64,000 nt of DNA, from positions 29,657 through 93,656 of the IMG/VR virus record IMGVR_UViG_3300020045_017904. The stretch is one strand, 5' to 3'. Shown one piece after another: positions 19,207 through 29,693 of the stretch (positions are counted from its first letter, which is position 1; each line of letters starts with the position of its first letter). This stretch comes from a virus. The translations under genes and the position numbers were made by a program. The notes below the pieces were generated by a model. It saw only the letters and a list, made by a program, of their open reading frames with translations, searched no databases and was not told the DNA's origin.

Positions 19207-19285
19207 TTAGTTGTTGTATTTTACACGTCTTGACGCGTATTTAAATAATACATAATATTAAAACACAGTATACCATGCAGTATGA

Positions 19286-19311
19286 AAGCCTATGCTAAAA
19301 AACACAGGCTT
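19286..19311 (-). terminator. Hairpin downstream of the tail tube gene (terminator-like)
   Basis: Minus strand AAGCCTGTG-loop-CATAGGCTT; the U-tail is weak. Confidence 0.45.
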
Positions 19312-19336
19312 CAATAAAAATTTGATTTTGTTTAAA

Positions 19337-19825
19337 TTAAAAATTCAATACACAACCTGAATGTCCTATTGTTAATTGGATATTTTGTGCTTCTGCATCT
19401 GTATCCCAATTCCAATCTCCCATATTTGCTGATTTGATAAATGCTCCTTTGATTACCCACTCACTCACAATATCACCTACAGGTCCTAATATATCTAATG
19501 TTAAGTCTTTCATATAGAAATCAGAATATCCTGCTCTTCCTGTTACTGTTTCGTGATGTAAACGAACCCATTCCATTACTGCTTGAGCTCCTGAAGGTGT
19601 AATAGGATCAAATAGTGTCATTGTAATATCATTCCATACTAATTTACCTTTTACTTTACGGTAAGTATTTATATGATTTAATTTTATTTCACCTTGATCA
19701 AATCCTATTCCATTCAAAGATTTAATTAAATATGATGGGATTCCATCTACATACATTATAAATTGATTTACTCTTTTAGGCTCAAAGGCGCTATAAAAAA
19801 TTTCATTGGGATCTAATACTGCCAT
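19337..19825 (-). CDS. Tail tube protein (gp19-like)
   Basis: FEPKR.N.F...GKLVWNDITMT.FDP....VMEW...Y.KD.....LGP.G...EW..KGAF. Confidence 0.88.
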   Translation of the reverse strand: MAVLDPNEIFYSAFEPKRVNQFIMYVDGIPSYLIKSLNGIGFDQGEIKLNHINTYRKVKGKLVWNDITMTLFDPITPSGAQAVMEWVRLHHETVTGRAGYSDFYMKDLTLDILGPVGDIVSEWVIKGAFIKSANMGDWNWDTDAEAQNIQLTIGHSGCVLNF

Positions 19826-19864
19826 TATTATTTTTGTTTATACATATATTAAATTCTAAAAATA

Positions 19865-20527
19865 TTATGATTTACTTTTATTTCTGTTTCCTATTTCATT
19901 TTGATAACCAAAAGATTGTGCAATTTCTGTTGTTTTGAATAAGGGTTGAAAATTTGTATAGTGAAAACATTGCTTTTGGTCTTCTTCTTTAGTTAAATCA
20001 AATGAAAAACAAGGAATAATATGGTCTAATTCCCAAACAGGACCCCAATTTTCCCAAGACATCTCAGGTTTGAATTGTAATGAAATATATTTTTTAAAAA
20101 ATTCCAGAGAACATTTTAATAATTTTAAAGTAGGATGATTTTTATTTATATTATGATTTCTTAACAAATCATTTAATCTAATACTTAATACTCTTCTAAG
20201 TTTAAAATTTGGGTTATTGTCCCATTGATTTTTATTCCATTTTTTAAAATATTCTCTATTATTTTTATTCCATTTTTTTGATGCCTTTTTACTAACTTCA
20301 GGATTATTAATTTTATATTCTAACATATGGGTAATATGTTTTCTTTTATTATTTTTATACCATTCTTTAGATTTTAAATTTGAGGATTCTCTATTATTTT
20401 TATATGATTTGTTATTTATTATTTTCATACATAATCTACAAGTACGGGAATAACCATCATCAATAGTTTTATTTTTGTTAAATTCAATATAATCTTTTGG
20501 TATTTTACAATTATTACAATTTTTCAT
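19865..20527 (-). CDS. HNH / endonuclease VII-like free-standing endonuclease, copy 2
   Basis: CNNC...CRLC; WELDHIIP...CFHYTNFQPL; inserted between sheath and tube. Confidence 0.75.
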   Translation of the reverse strand: MKNCNNCKIPKDYIEFNKNKTIDDGYSRTCRLCMKIINNKSYKNNRESSNLKSKEWYKNNKRKHITHMLEYKINNPEVSKKASKKWNKNNREYFKKWNKNQWDNNPNFKLRRVLSIRLNDLLRNHNINKNHPTLKLLKCSLEFFKKYISLQFKPEMSWENWGPVWELDHIIPCFSFDLTKEEDQKQCFHYTNFQPLFKTTEIAQSFGYQNEIGNRNKSKS

Positions 20528-20558
20528 TTAATTATTTCATTTGGGCGTTTTTACATAA

Positions 20559-20582
20559 TAAAAAAGGGGTAAAAACCCCTTA
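20559..20582 (-). terminator. Intrinsic terminator after the sheath gene
   Basis: Minus strand AAGGGGT-TTTT-ACCCCTT followed by a U-run. Confidence 0.7.
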
Positions 20583-20595
20583 AATATCTTATTTT

Positions 20596-22317
20596 TTATC
20601 CAAAAGTTGCTCCTGTTGGAGTTATTGTAAAGTCTAAGTAAATAAATTCACTTGTTTTTGTTGGAGAAATATAAATTTGTCCAACTAATTTATTTTGGTC
20701 AATAACATCACTTGCTCCATTATTTGTATCATCCATTATTACTTTACTTGCATACAATCCATTTCTTTGTTGTACTGATTCAAGATATGGGTTTACTTGG
20801 GATAAGAAGCTATTACGTGTAGCAATTGTGTTTCCTTCAAATACTAATCCTTGTGCTACACCACCTATAAATCTTTTTAAAGTAATTAATAATCTTCTTA
20901 CATTAATTCTATCTAAAGCACTTGCTTGAGTTTGTAATGTTTTTTGTCCATATACTACTATACCAACACCTGGGAAGGTAGCAATAGGATTTATTTTATT
21001 TTGATATAATGTATCTCTATCAGATTGTGGAAGTTTTTGCATTGCACGAATTACTGTATTTAATCCACCTCTATTTATACCTGCTGGAGCAGACCAAGTT
21101 TCAGATACACTATCATTATAAGCATAAACACCTCCTATTACAGTTGAAGATGGAACCCAAACATTTTTACCTGAATCAGGATCTATTACTTGAACCCAAG
21201 GCCAATAACTTGCAGCATAACTTGTATTTCTTGCGTTTGATTGAGCTGTTACTGAACTAATTGTGTTTACATTATATGGTACTAAGTCAAGAACATAAAT
21301 ATTATCCCCTCTTTCTTGAGTATTTGATATTATACTTGTACAAACTGATGAATGAAGTGAGTTAAATAATCCAGGAGTTAACAATACATTAAATTGGAAA
21401 TCATCTTTATTTGATAATAAAGATACCATATTAGAATATGATGAACTTGGAATACCTTGTGATCTATTTCCGTCTGTTATACCATCATAAAATTGTCCTG
21501 TTGTACTAACAGATCCTAAAGCACCACCAAATGATCCACTTGTATTTATTGGAAGTGAAGAAGTATAAGCTGCTTTAAAATTACCTGTATTATCAAGATA
21601 ATCTGGTGTTAATATTCTTACATTTGCAACTCTAATATATTTGGAATTATTTGGGTAAGACCCACTTATTTCCATTTGGTTTGTTGTTGAATTATAATTT
21701 TGAACTTGATCTCCAATTACTTTTGAAATAAAATTAGTAGATTTAGGATCTAATGATAAATTAGTAAATGTTTCTAATATAACTGGGTTGTTTCTATTAT
21801 CATTACCTCTTCTTACTAATAATGAAAATTGTCCTGAAGCTGACTCAACGTTTGATATTTGCCATCTAACATTATCTGCTGAACCACTTATTAAAGAACC
21901 ACTTATATCCTGAGAACCAGTATTATTCATAATAATACCTTCAGAAATAGTTTCTAAAACAAATACTTCTGCACTTGCAGAACTACAAATTATTGGAGTT
22001 CCTGATGATGTTAATGTTGTTGCTGCTGTAAAAGTTCCACTTGCTACCCTTGCTACTAATAAAGAATCACCTCCATTATTAAAGTAATTATAAGCAGCAA
22101 TTGATGTGAAATATGTAAATATATCACTTCCACTTATAAAGGTTGTACCAAATTTATTTTGATATTCAGAATAAGATGTTACAATTTTTGGGTCTTCAAC
22201 TGGACCTTTTACTGTTGGACCTATTATAGCAGCTCCTACGATTGCTGGTTGGGCTGATACTTGAGATTGGTCATTTTCTCTTGTTAATATTCCAGGGCTA
22301 ATTAAAACTTCACTCAT
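20596..22317 (-). CDS. Tail sheath protein (gp18-like)
   Basis: SPGI..RE.D, GPTVKGP, SYAASYWPW, WSAPAGINRG, RDTLYQNKINPI, YGQKTLQ, RINVRRL. Confidence 0.95.
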   Translation of the reverse strand: MSEVLISPGILTRENDQSQVSAQPAIVGAAIIGPTVKGPVEDPKIVTSYSEYQNKFGTTFISGSDIFTYFTSIAAYNYFNNGGDSLLVARVASGTFTAATTLTSSGTPIICSSASAEVFVLETISEGIIMNNTGSQDISGSLISGSADNVRWQISNVESASGQFSLLVRRGNDNRNNPVILETFTNLSLDPKSTNFISKVIGDQVQNYNSTTNQMEISGSYPNNSKYIRVANVRILTPDYLDNTGNFKAAYTSSLPINTSGSFGGALGSVSTTGQFYDGITDGNRSQGIPSSSYSNMVSLLSNKDDFQFNVLLTPGLFNSLHSSVCTSIISNTQERGDNIYVLDLVPYNVNTISSVTAQSNARNTSYAASYWPWVQVIDPDSGKNVWVPSSTVIGGVYAYNDSVSETWSAPAGINRGGLNTVIRAMQKLPQSDRDTLYQNKINPIATFPGVGIVVYGQKTLQTQASALDRINVRRLLITLKRFIGGVAQGLVFEGNTIATRNSFLSQVNPYLESVQQRNGLYASKVIMDDTNNGASDVIDQNKLVGQIYISPTKTSEFIYLDFTITPTGATFG

Positions 22318-22368
22318 TTTAGTTTATATATTTTGATTTATTATAAATATTAAGAAAATTATTAAAAT

Positions 22369-22620
22369 TTAACCTAATATTGTAATTTCTTCTTTATCTA
22401 TATCAATGGACCCATTTCCATATTTTTGTTGTAAGGTTAAACCTAAATTATCTTCTTCTATTTTGAGAAGTTTTATTTCTTCTTTTAATAAATTCTTTTG
22501 GTTTTCTAAATTAATAATTTCAAAATCAATACTTCCCAAATTATTTATAATATTTTGTCTTTTAGAATTAATGTTTATTAATAATTCAATTTCTTCTTTT
22601 AATAATTTTTTTATCTCCAT
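22369..22620 (-). CDS. Small coiled-coil hypothetical protein
   Basis: Heptad-rich; ends L..KYG.GSID. Confidence 0.65.
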   Translation of the reverse strand: MEIKKLLKEEIELLININSKRQNIINNLGSIDFEIINLENQKNLLKEEIKLLKIEEDNLGLTLQQKYGNGSIDIDKEEITILG

Positions 22621-22628
22621 TTTGTTTT

Positions 22629-23333
22629 TTATATTATTAATACTAAATAATGAAAAGGATCATTGGTTACCCCTATTGATTGTGAATATTGGAAATTCTT
22701 TTCTCTAACTTCAAATACACTTGGAGTTACAAAACCACTAGCTACTAAAACACAAGCATCATTTACTGCTATAGGTAAAGTAGAAGCTTTATTTAGACCA
22801 ACAACAAAAAAATCTGTTCCAAAAACCTTTCCTGCTATTATACCTGAAAAATCAACTGAAGCTGAACCTGAGGCTAAATTTTTTACCCCTGATACTAACT
22901 GGTATGATCTTTGTCCAAAAGTTCCTGCACCAGAATCAAAATATCCTATTCCTGTGTTTGATGGAGCATAGGATGCTGATATAGCTTGTGATGCTGTTAC
23001 ATTCAATCTGTTAACTGAAGGTTGGTAGTAAAATTTTGAAGGATCAATAAAAGCTTGATTTGAATATACAGTTCCTTGGATTGATGTTGGAGCTATACTT
23101 CCAAAATATGGATAAAATTGAGTTGCACTCCCTGTTTCAATTGTTGTTCTTAATTTTGATGCTGTATCTGAATTATTTATTGTTCCACTTATACTCCCTG
23201 TAACAGTTAAAGATCCTGATAAGTATATATCATATGCATCTAAACCCATAAATGCATCTAATGATTGGGTTATATGGGTGGCCTCAATGGTATTATTATT
23301 GGATATGCCTGTTTTTGAAAGATTTTTTGCCAT
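22629..23333 (-). CDS. Putative structural protein, Ser/Gly/Thr-rich
   Basis: Lies in the neck-tail operon; many SGS/TGS/SAS motifs. Confidence 0.55.
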   Translation of the reverse strand: MAKNLSKTGISNNNTIEATHITQSLDAFMGLDAYDIYLSGSLTVTGSISGTINNSDTASKLRTTIETGSATQFYPYFGSIAPTSIQGTVYSNQAFIDPSKFYYQPSVNRLNVTASQAISASYAPSNTGIGYFDSGAGTFGQRSYQLVSGVKNLASGSASVDFSGIIAGKVFGTDFFVVGLNKASTLPIAVNDACVLVASGFVTPSVFEVREKNFQYSQSIGVTNDPFHYLVLII

Positions 23334-23343
23334 TATTTATATA

Positions 23344-24375
23344 TTATACGTATGTTTCATAATTATTTTGTAATGCTTCCCAATTATTTAATATTTGATC
23401 CCAATTATTCCCAACACTTCCAGTAGCACAGGATGAAAAATATGATTCCCAATTATTTAACATTAATTCCCAAGGAGTATTAATATTTTCCCAATTATTT
23501 GTAGCACAAGGGTCAATTACTATGATTCTATCTGTTGCTAAAATTTCTGCTGGTTCTGTTATTATTATTATTTTGGCTTTACTAGTAAATTTCTTAATAG
23601 AATTAATATCTTTTTGTAATAATTCAGGTACTATATAAGCACGTAATTTTATATTAAAAGTACAACTAACTAATCTTTCTTTATCATCTAATATTTCTGT
23701 TATTGTATTAAAATTATCTATTTTAGCTTGAAATTGGTATTTTTCCTTATCCCCCCAATATGAATCAGAATTATATTCAATAGCTTCAATTATTTTATTA
23801 ATTTGTTCAACATAATATGTAAAAACAACACAACTATAATCAATTATTAAATAATCAGGAATTACACTTGCATAAAATGTTTTAACTGGAACCCTGTTTG
23901 TTAATAAATTAAATTTATCATAATAATTTTGTTTTGAATATTGTTTTTGTGCAATGTAATAATTGTGAGGATTATTAGCATTCATTTTATTTCCTATAGA
24001 TCTATCTTTTTCAATATTATTTCTTTTAAATAAAATCAAAGGAGACATTATTTTACCATTTTTGTCTCTATAATATCCATCTTTTGTATATGATTTCCAT
24101 TTTTCTTGACTTCCATATTGGACTGGAACTTTTATTCTTTGGTTATTTTGAATAACATATGGTTGGATTATATTTTCAAAATAATATAAAATAGATTCAT
24201 CTATATCTTTAAAACCAATTGAAATAGGTTTTGTATTATCTCCTCTAAATGTAACCTCATTTCCTCTATTTATTGGATTTATATTAGGATTTCCTCTCCC
24301 CAATTTATCATATGGAGATTGTTGAGATAAAATAATATCTCTTTGAGATTTAGGAATTGGTATCTTACCTTTCAT
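23344..24375 (-). CDS. Tail completion/terminator protein (gp15-like)
   Basis: IKVPVQYGSQEKW...P.I...; synteny gp13-gp14-gp15-gp18. Confidence 0.65.
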   Translation of the reverse strand: MKGKIPIPKSQRDIILSQQSPYDKLGRGNPNINPINRGNEVTFRGDNTKPISIGFKDIDESILYYFENIIQPYVIQNNQRIKVPVQYGSQEKWKSYTKDGYYRDKNGKIMSPLILFKRNNIEKDRSIGNKMNANNPHNYYIAQKQYSKQNYYDKFNLLTNRVPVKTFYASVIPDYLIIDYSCVVFTYYVEQINKIIEAIEYNSDSYWGDKEKYQFQAKIDNFNTITEILDDKERLVSCTFNIKLRAYIVPELLQKDINSIKKFTSKAKIIIITEPAEILATDRIIVIDPCATNNWENINTPWELMLNNWESYFSSCATGSVGNNWDQILNNWEALQNNYETYV

Positions 24376-24871
24376 TTGTAATATTTACCTTATCTGAAGG
24401 AATTATATGACATTCACATATAATAGAATTATCCCAACCAAATTTTTCTAATCCTGTATTTAAAGGATTTGGGCTATTAGGATAATCAGGATCTTTTCCC
24501 ATTAAAAATTGGTTTGAAATAATATTATCTGTTTCAAAATATGAGTTATTATACATTATTAAATCACCAATAAGTGGAACTATATTTTTGTCTATGAGAT
24601 CATCTTTTAAGAATGCAAATTTTATTTTCCATTCTAAATCAGATATCATATCCATTACATTAGTTTGTTGATCATTTCTATCTATTAAACAATTAAAAAT
24701 AATTGGGCCATCATAATATTTTCCTTCACTAGATTCTCCATATATATTAGTATTTGTTTTTTCAGGAATAAATTTATAAAAAGAAGCTTGTTGAGTAATA
24801 ATGTTTCCCATTAATTCACGATTAATGTGTCTCATAAATGAAATGTCTCTCTCTTCTCCAAAAAGCGCCAT
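24365..24871 (-). CDS. Neck / head-closure protein (gp14-like)
   Basis: NIYGES...P.IGDLI; synteny. Confidence 0.65.
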   Translation of the reverse strand: MALFGEERDISFMRHINRELMGNIITQQASFYKFIPEKTNTNIYGESSEGKYYDGPIIFNCLIDRNDQQTNVMDMISDLEWKIKFAFLKDDLIDKNIVPLIGDLIMYNNSYFETDNIISNQFLMGKDPDYPNSPNPLNTGLEKFGWDNSIICECHIIPSDKVNITNER

Positions 24872-24873
24872 AA

Positions 24874-26010
24874 TTAACCTATAAATATTGGATTTGGTAC
24901 ATAAGATAACTCAGCATTTCTTGCAATACTTTCATTATTTCTTCTTTCTAATAAGGATTGTCTTGAAGTTGAATCAAAATAATCTTTTAATTTAGTTATT
25001 AATATTTCTTTTTCTGATTTTGCGTCTCCTAATAAATCTGCTTGATTTAAACTTATTCCATCACCTGGTACTGGGATGGTTTGGTATTTTCCTCTAATAT
25101 ACCCTAACATTTCCTTACAAATAGCTAATGTATATTCAAATATCCAAGATCTTCCAATTGAATTTATACCTGTATAGGTTGGGTTTGTGAAAGGTACATT
25201 TCCAATATTATTTATTTGAGATGGGGAAGATACAACAGAACCACTTATTCTATCATTTAATTTAATATAATCAAACCAAAGAGTTTGGACTGTTTCAGTT
25301 GGGATTGGAAATATTCTTAATTTATTATTTATTAATATAAAGGAATATTGAGATCTTCTTATTTGATCATTAAAATCAATTGATTGAAGTACTTGTAAAT
25401 CATAACTTATAGGCATTAATAAAAAGTTAGTTCCTACCCCCATTCCTAATCCTGAATCTGGTAATGAAGGTGCTGAACCTAAACCTGAATAAGGATTAAA
25501 ATATCTATTAATTGAAGGATCAGATTGGTAATATATTTTTTTAATTTCTATACCTCCTGATATACTTTGGGATAAAGCCCATTCAGTTAAATCATAGTCT
25601 TGTATACTTGAAGTTAATGCTATTGAAGCACTATAATATGTTACATTTCCCCCCACTCCCGCTTCACTTGCATATTGTTGAGATAATTTTATTATTGTTG
25701 ATAAATTAGGAGTTATAATGGAATTATTTAGGTTTGATCCTGTTGATAATCCCTCAATTGATAAATAATTATCTCTTAATTTATAAGCATAAAGTTCATT
25801 TCCATAAGTTGTTATAGAATCTTCAAAAGCTGTATAGAAATTAATATCTTGTAATTCAACATTTGATATAGGATAGCCTAATCTTTGAGCACAAAATTTT
25901 GCTACTTTATCTGCATCTGTTTGAAATTGAGTGTCGGTATCGTAAAATCCAAAAGGTGTTGATCCTGTTGTAAATGATGATGAACCACTCCATATAGGTA
26001 TATTATTCAT
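24874..26010 (-). CDS. Neck / head-tail adaptor protein (gp13-like)
   Basis: RLGYP..NVEL; W...YTLA..KE.LG.IRGKY...P......LN; ends P..IFIG. Confidence 0.8.
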   Translation of the reverse strand: MNNIPIWSGSSSFTTGSTPFGFYDTDTQFQTDADKVAKFCAQRLGYPISNVELQDINFYTAFEDSITTYGNELYAYKLRDNYLSIEGLSTGSNLNNSIITPNLSTIIKLSQQYASEAGVGGNVTYYSASIALTSSIQDYDLTEWALSQSISGGIEIKKIYYQSDPSINRYFNPYSGLGSAPSLPDSGLGMGVGTNFLLMPISYDLQVLQSIDFNDQIRRSQYSFILINNKLRIFPIPTETVQTLWFDYIKLNDRISGSVVSSPSQINNIGNVPFTNPTYTGINSIGRSWIFEYTLAICKEMLGYIRGKYQTIPVPGDGISLNQADLLGDAKSEKEILITKLKDYFDSTSRQSLLERRNNESIARNAELSYVPNPIFIG

Positions 26011-26626
26011 TTGTTATCTTAGTTTTAGGTCTTGATTGATTTTCAAATATTGTTAATGGTCTTGTATTTTTATAATTAAATGCTATATAAATATTTTCTT
26101 CTTGGGAAAAATCAAAACTAAATAATTGTTTTATGTGATCAATTTCCCAATAAGAACCATAATTATCCCAATTCATCTCGGGAGTAAAAAGAGATTCAAT
26201 ATAAATTTTATAATCATCTATATTGCAACCTAAATATTTTATTTTATTAATCTTACCTTTTTTTATATTTGAATATATTATGTGTCTTATATTTTCTTTT
26301 AATTTAAAATTTATATCTGTTTTTCTTTTTTCTTTTTTATATTTAAAAAATTTATGTTTATTTTTATCATAAAATTTTTTTTGAACAGGTTTTGAATTAT
26401 AATTCTTAGCGTATTCTTGAATTTTTAACTTATTTTTTTTATTATATTTTATTCGAATATTTTTTATAACTAATGGATTATTTTTTGAATATTCCATACT
26501 TTTTATTTTCCAACAAACTTTACATACATTAAATAATCCTTGTTGACTTTTTTTATAAAAATTATCAATTGTTTGATTTATTAAACATTTCTTACAAATT
26601 TTTAATTTAACTAAATAATCACTCAT
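26003..26626 (-). CDS. HNH / endonuclease VII-like free-standing endonuclease, copy 3
   Basis: CKKC...CKVC; YLGC...F...MNWDNYG..WEIDHIK....FNYKNTRPL...EN. Confidence 0.72.
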   Translation of the reverse strand: MSDYLVKLKICKKCLINQTIDNFYKKSQQGLFNVCKVCWKIKSMEYSKNNPLVIKNIRIKYNKKNKLKIQEYAKNYNSKPVQKKFYDKNKHKFFKYKKEKRKTDINFKLKENIRHIIYSNIKKGKINKIKYLGCNIDDYKIYIESLFTPEMNWDNYGSYWEIDHIKQLFSFDFSQEENIYIAFNYKNTRPLTIFENQSRPKTKITNE

Positions 26627-27216
26627 GTTTTTTTATGTAATGTTAATAATTTTTGAGTATATGTAATTCTAAAAGCACCTAATTGTTGATATGTATAATA
26701 GTTTCCCTCAAAGTATAATTGAGATTTTGAAAAAAATCCTGTTTTTACAATAGAATTTACATCTATTCTTACAAAAAAGGATAACGGATTACTATATCCA
26801 GTATACCAAGGATCTTCTTTATAATATACTTGTCCATTAGGTAAATAATATGCTTTTTCTTCTCTTGGATATTCAGCTTGTAAATTTATGGGGAAAGAAC
26901 CCACACTTACTTTTTTATTTATTTTAAATACAGGACCTGTTTGTATAGAAAAAATATTATTTCTTCTTTTTCCATCTAATGTAATATATAATCCTGTTCT
27001 TCCAATAATAGAATAATTATGATTATCATCAAATAATTCAAAATTAAACACAGGGGCTATAATGGGTGTAAAAAATTTAGTACCCACAATAATATCACTA
27101 CATAAATTTATTTCATAATTTACGGGTACAGGATAATTATCTCCTTCTAAATTTTTAGGTTGAGAAAAAGATAAGAAACACATTAACAATAACAACATTA
27201 AAATCTTGGCTTTCAT
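26623..27216 (-). CDS. Secreted / putative outer-membrane protein
   Basis: Sec signal peptide MKAKILMLLLLMCFLSFS|Q followed by aromatic-rich amphipathic beta-strands. Confidence 0.55.
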   Translation of the reverse strand: MKAKILMLLLLMCFLSFSQPKNLEGDNYPVPVNYEINLCSDIIVGTKFFTPIIAPVFNFELFDDNHNYSIIGRTGLYITLDGKRRNNIFSIQTGPVFKINKKVSVGSFPINLQAEYPREEKAYYLPNGQVYYKEDPWYTGYSNPLSFFVRIDVNSIVKTGFFSKSQLYFEGNYYTYQQLGAFRITYTQKLLTLHKKT

Positions 27217-27240
27217 GAGATTTGATTTTTATTATAAATA

Positions 27241-27933
27241 TTATAAATTTGATGATTTGATATACTCTTGTATTTTTTCTATTACTGGATGACGGTGATT
27301 TTGGAGTAATCTAATATAAGAAATTTCATCTATATTTTTACTAAGTTCTTGTAATAATATCATCCCTGAATCTAATTTGTTTTTTAAATCACATTGTTTT
27401 TTATCCCCACAAAATATAAGTTTACTTGTTTTTCCCAAACGACCTAATATTAATTCTGTTTGTAATTTACTACAATTTTGGGCTTCATCTATTATTATTA
27501 AACTATCATTAAAAGTATGTCCTCTAAGAAAACCAAGTGGAATAACTTTAATACTTTCTTCTTTAATAAGTTTAGATATTTTTTCTTTATCTCCTGTTAA
27601 AGTTTCAGCAATATCATAAATTGGAAAAGTTAAATATTCTAATTTTTGATCAACCCCTCCAGGAAGATAACCAATATCTTCTCCTGCTGTAACAAATGGT
27701 CTTGCTATTACAATTTTATTTATTTCTTTTTTAAATAATAAATCTAAAGCAATATTAACCGCTAAAGTAGTTTTACCTGAACCTGCTTGTCCATCTATAA
27801 TGGATATAGCTGAATTTAGTATTTTGGTTTTGGCTTCACGTTGTTCAGGATTTAGAGGGATTTTGAATGAAATAGGATTTTTGGGAACTTTTTTATTATG
27901 GAAAATTGGGTCATTAACGTTATTTGATGACAT
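27241..27933 (-). CDS. phoH: PhoH-like ATPase
   Basis: GQAGSGKT, IGYLPG, FLRGHTF, IIDEAQN, RLG..SK.I.CGD..Q.D, HRHP. Confidence 0.93.
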   Translation of the reverse strand: MSSNNVNDPIFHNKKVPKNPISFKIPLNPEQREAKTKILNSAISIIDGQAGSGKTTLAVNIALDLLFKKEINKIVIARPFVTAGEDIGYLPGGVDQKLEYLTFPIYDIAETLTGDKEKISKLIKEESIKVIPLGFLRGHTFNDSLIIIDEAQNCSKLQTELILGRLGKTSKLIFCGDKKQCDLKNKLDSGMILLQELSKNIDEISYIRLLQNHRHPVIEKIQEYIKSSNL

Positions 27934-28075
27934 ATATGTTTTGTTTATAATTATTTACAAATATATTATTAATTATATTGTCTTTAACATGTCTTAACAT
28001 GTTTTTAATATATAAACAATTTAAATTAATATAATACCATAACATAAAGAAAAATTATAGTAAAGACACGAATCT

Positions 28076-29584
28076 TTAATATAAAATATATTTTGTTGAA
28101 CCACAATCCCAAATTTTAGTATACCCAAATTCTTCCATTATTTGGGATTCTGTTTTAGTAATATCAGCCCCCATATCTTTTAATTTATATTTATTGAAAT
28201 TATATCTATGAATTCTATTACTAAAATTCTTAGTATAAAAATAATTAGGGTTGGATGTTGAATGTTTTATAAAACCTGATTTTAAATAAATATTATTATT
28301 TGGGTCTGTCCATCTATTATCAGAATATGAATATATATATTTTGGATTATATTGTTTTTGAAAGTATTTTATTAATTTTAAAGAACCACCAACAATATAA
28401 TTAGAAGAAGCATATCTTGATAATTCATAAATATTTGATTGATTATTATTCCCTCCTAATGAAATTCTGGGATGAGAAAATGTCATTACACCTACTAAAT
28501 TTTCTTCATAAAATAATCCTAATTTAATTGTACTTCTATCTTCCCCTTGTATATGGTATTTATTTAAAAAAATATTTTTATCAGTGGGGTTGATTTGTTT
28601 TATTATACATTTTCTGGCATAAATTGGTTTTTGTTTATTAGGATTTATTATTGAATTTAATTTTGATTTAACTATCTCTGTTTTATTAATCCATTCGTCA
28701 GAAAATATTTGAATTAGTCTTATTCCATTATTATTACACTTTTTTAATTTATTTATATGATAATCTCTAAATTTTCCATTTTTTTCTGAATGCCAAAATA
28801 ATTCATTATATTCAATCCCTATATTTAATTCAGGAAGAAAAATATCTATTTCTCCTTTTTTAATTATATTTCTGGAATTACATATTATTTCTCCATTATA
28901 TATTGTTTCTATAAATTTTAATAATTCAATTTCTTCTTTGGATTGTTTACCTATTCCACTAAATACTTCCCAATCCCAATGACCTTTAATATAGTCTCTA
29001 TGATATGTTTCCTTTTTTAAATCACAATTTTTTCCATTTTCTAAAATATTAACTAAACCACCACATCCACACTTACATAAAGGAGATATATTATCTAACA
29101 TATTTTTTATTATATATTCACTTTTGGTGATGTTGGGATGTATTTTTGAAATATGATACATCAAATGTTGATTACTATTTAATTTTATTTTACATTCTTT
29201 GCAATAAATTCCTGATTTGTCTTTTTTTTCTATTTGAAGAGTTTGGGCTGGTCTATATTCTCCATATTTTTTTATATATTCTGGTGTTTTAGTATTATGA
29301 AACCATCTAAGATGCATGGACATAGATCTTATTGTTTCTATTGAATTACAGATTTTACATTTATGGATTTTTTCAGAATTATTATTTAAAGAAATATTAA
29401 TAATTTTTTCTTTATTAAATCTCCATATATACCCTCCAGCTTGTTTATATTTTTTATTACAACATTTTATTATAGAATCATAATTTGAGAATTTAACAGA
29501 TGCTTCCCTTACATTATTAAAACATTGAATATATTTACCATTTAAATCATATTGGTATATTTTTGAATCATATAATTTTTTCAT
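28076..29584 (-). CDS. Hef-like homing endonuclease (NUMOD1 + Zn fingers + Vsr-like nuclease + C-terminal domain)
   Basis: IYQYDLNG; CxxC..H..H fingers; EIDIFLPELNIGIEYN..FWH; IFSDEW; IYARKC; YSYSDNRW; IWDCG. Confidence 0.75.
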   Translation of the reverse strand: MKKLYDSKIYQYDLNGKYIQCFNNVREASVKFSNYDSIIKCCNKKYKQAGGYIWRFNKEKIINISLNNNSEKIHKCKICNSIETIRSMSMHLRWFHNTKTPEYIKKYGEYRPAQTLQIEKKDKSGIYCKECKIKLNSNQHLMYHISKIHPNITKSEYIIKNMLDNISPLCKCGCGGLVNILENGKNCDLKKETYHRDYIKGHWDWEVFSGIGKQSKEEIELLKFIETIYNGEIICNSRNIIKKGEIDIFLPELNIGIEYNELFWHSEKNGKFRDYHINKLKKCNNNGIRLIQIFSDEWINKTEIVKSKLNSIINPNKQKPIYARKCIIKQINPTDKNIFLNKYHIQGEDRSTIKLGLFYEENLVGVMTFSHPRISLGGNNNQSNIYELSRYASSNYIVGGSLKLIKYFQKQYNPKYIYSYSDNRWTDPNNNIYLKSGFIKHSTSNPNYFYTKNFSNRIHRYNFNKYKLKDMGADITKTESQIMEEFGYTKIWDCGSTKYILY

Positions 29585-29639
29585 ATTTTTGAATTAATAA
29601 TTAATTATTATTTATTTAACATATCTAATATAAATACAA

Positions 29640-29665
29640 AAAGTTGGGGTATCAAAGATACCCCT
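29640..29665 (-). terminator. Intrinsic terminator after the major capsid gene
   Basis: GGGGTATC-TTT-GATACCCC followed by AACTTTTT on the minus strand. Confidence 0.7.
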
Positions 29666-29693
29666 CATTTTTTAAAGATTATATTTAATTATA

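Noticed and set aside
27978-28005. Tandem TTAACATGT elements upstream of phoH as a Pho box or operator
   Set aside because: Only two short AT-rich copies, with no convincing match to the Pho-box consensus and no second occurrence noticed.
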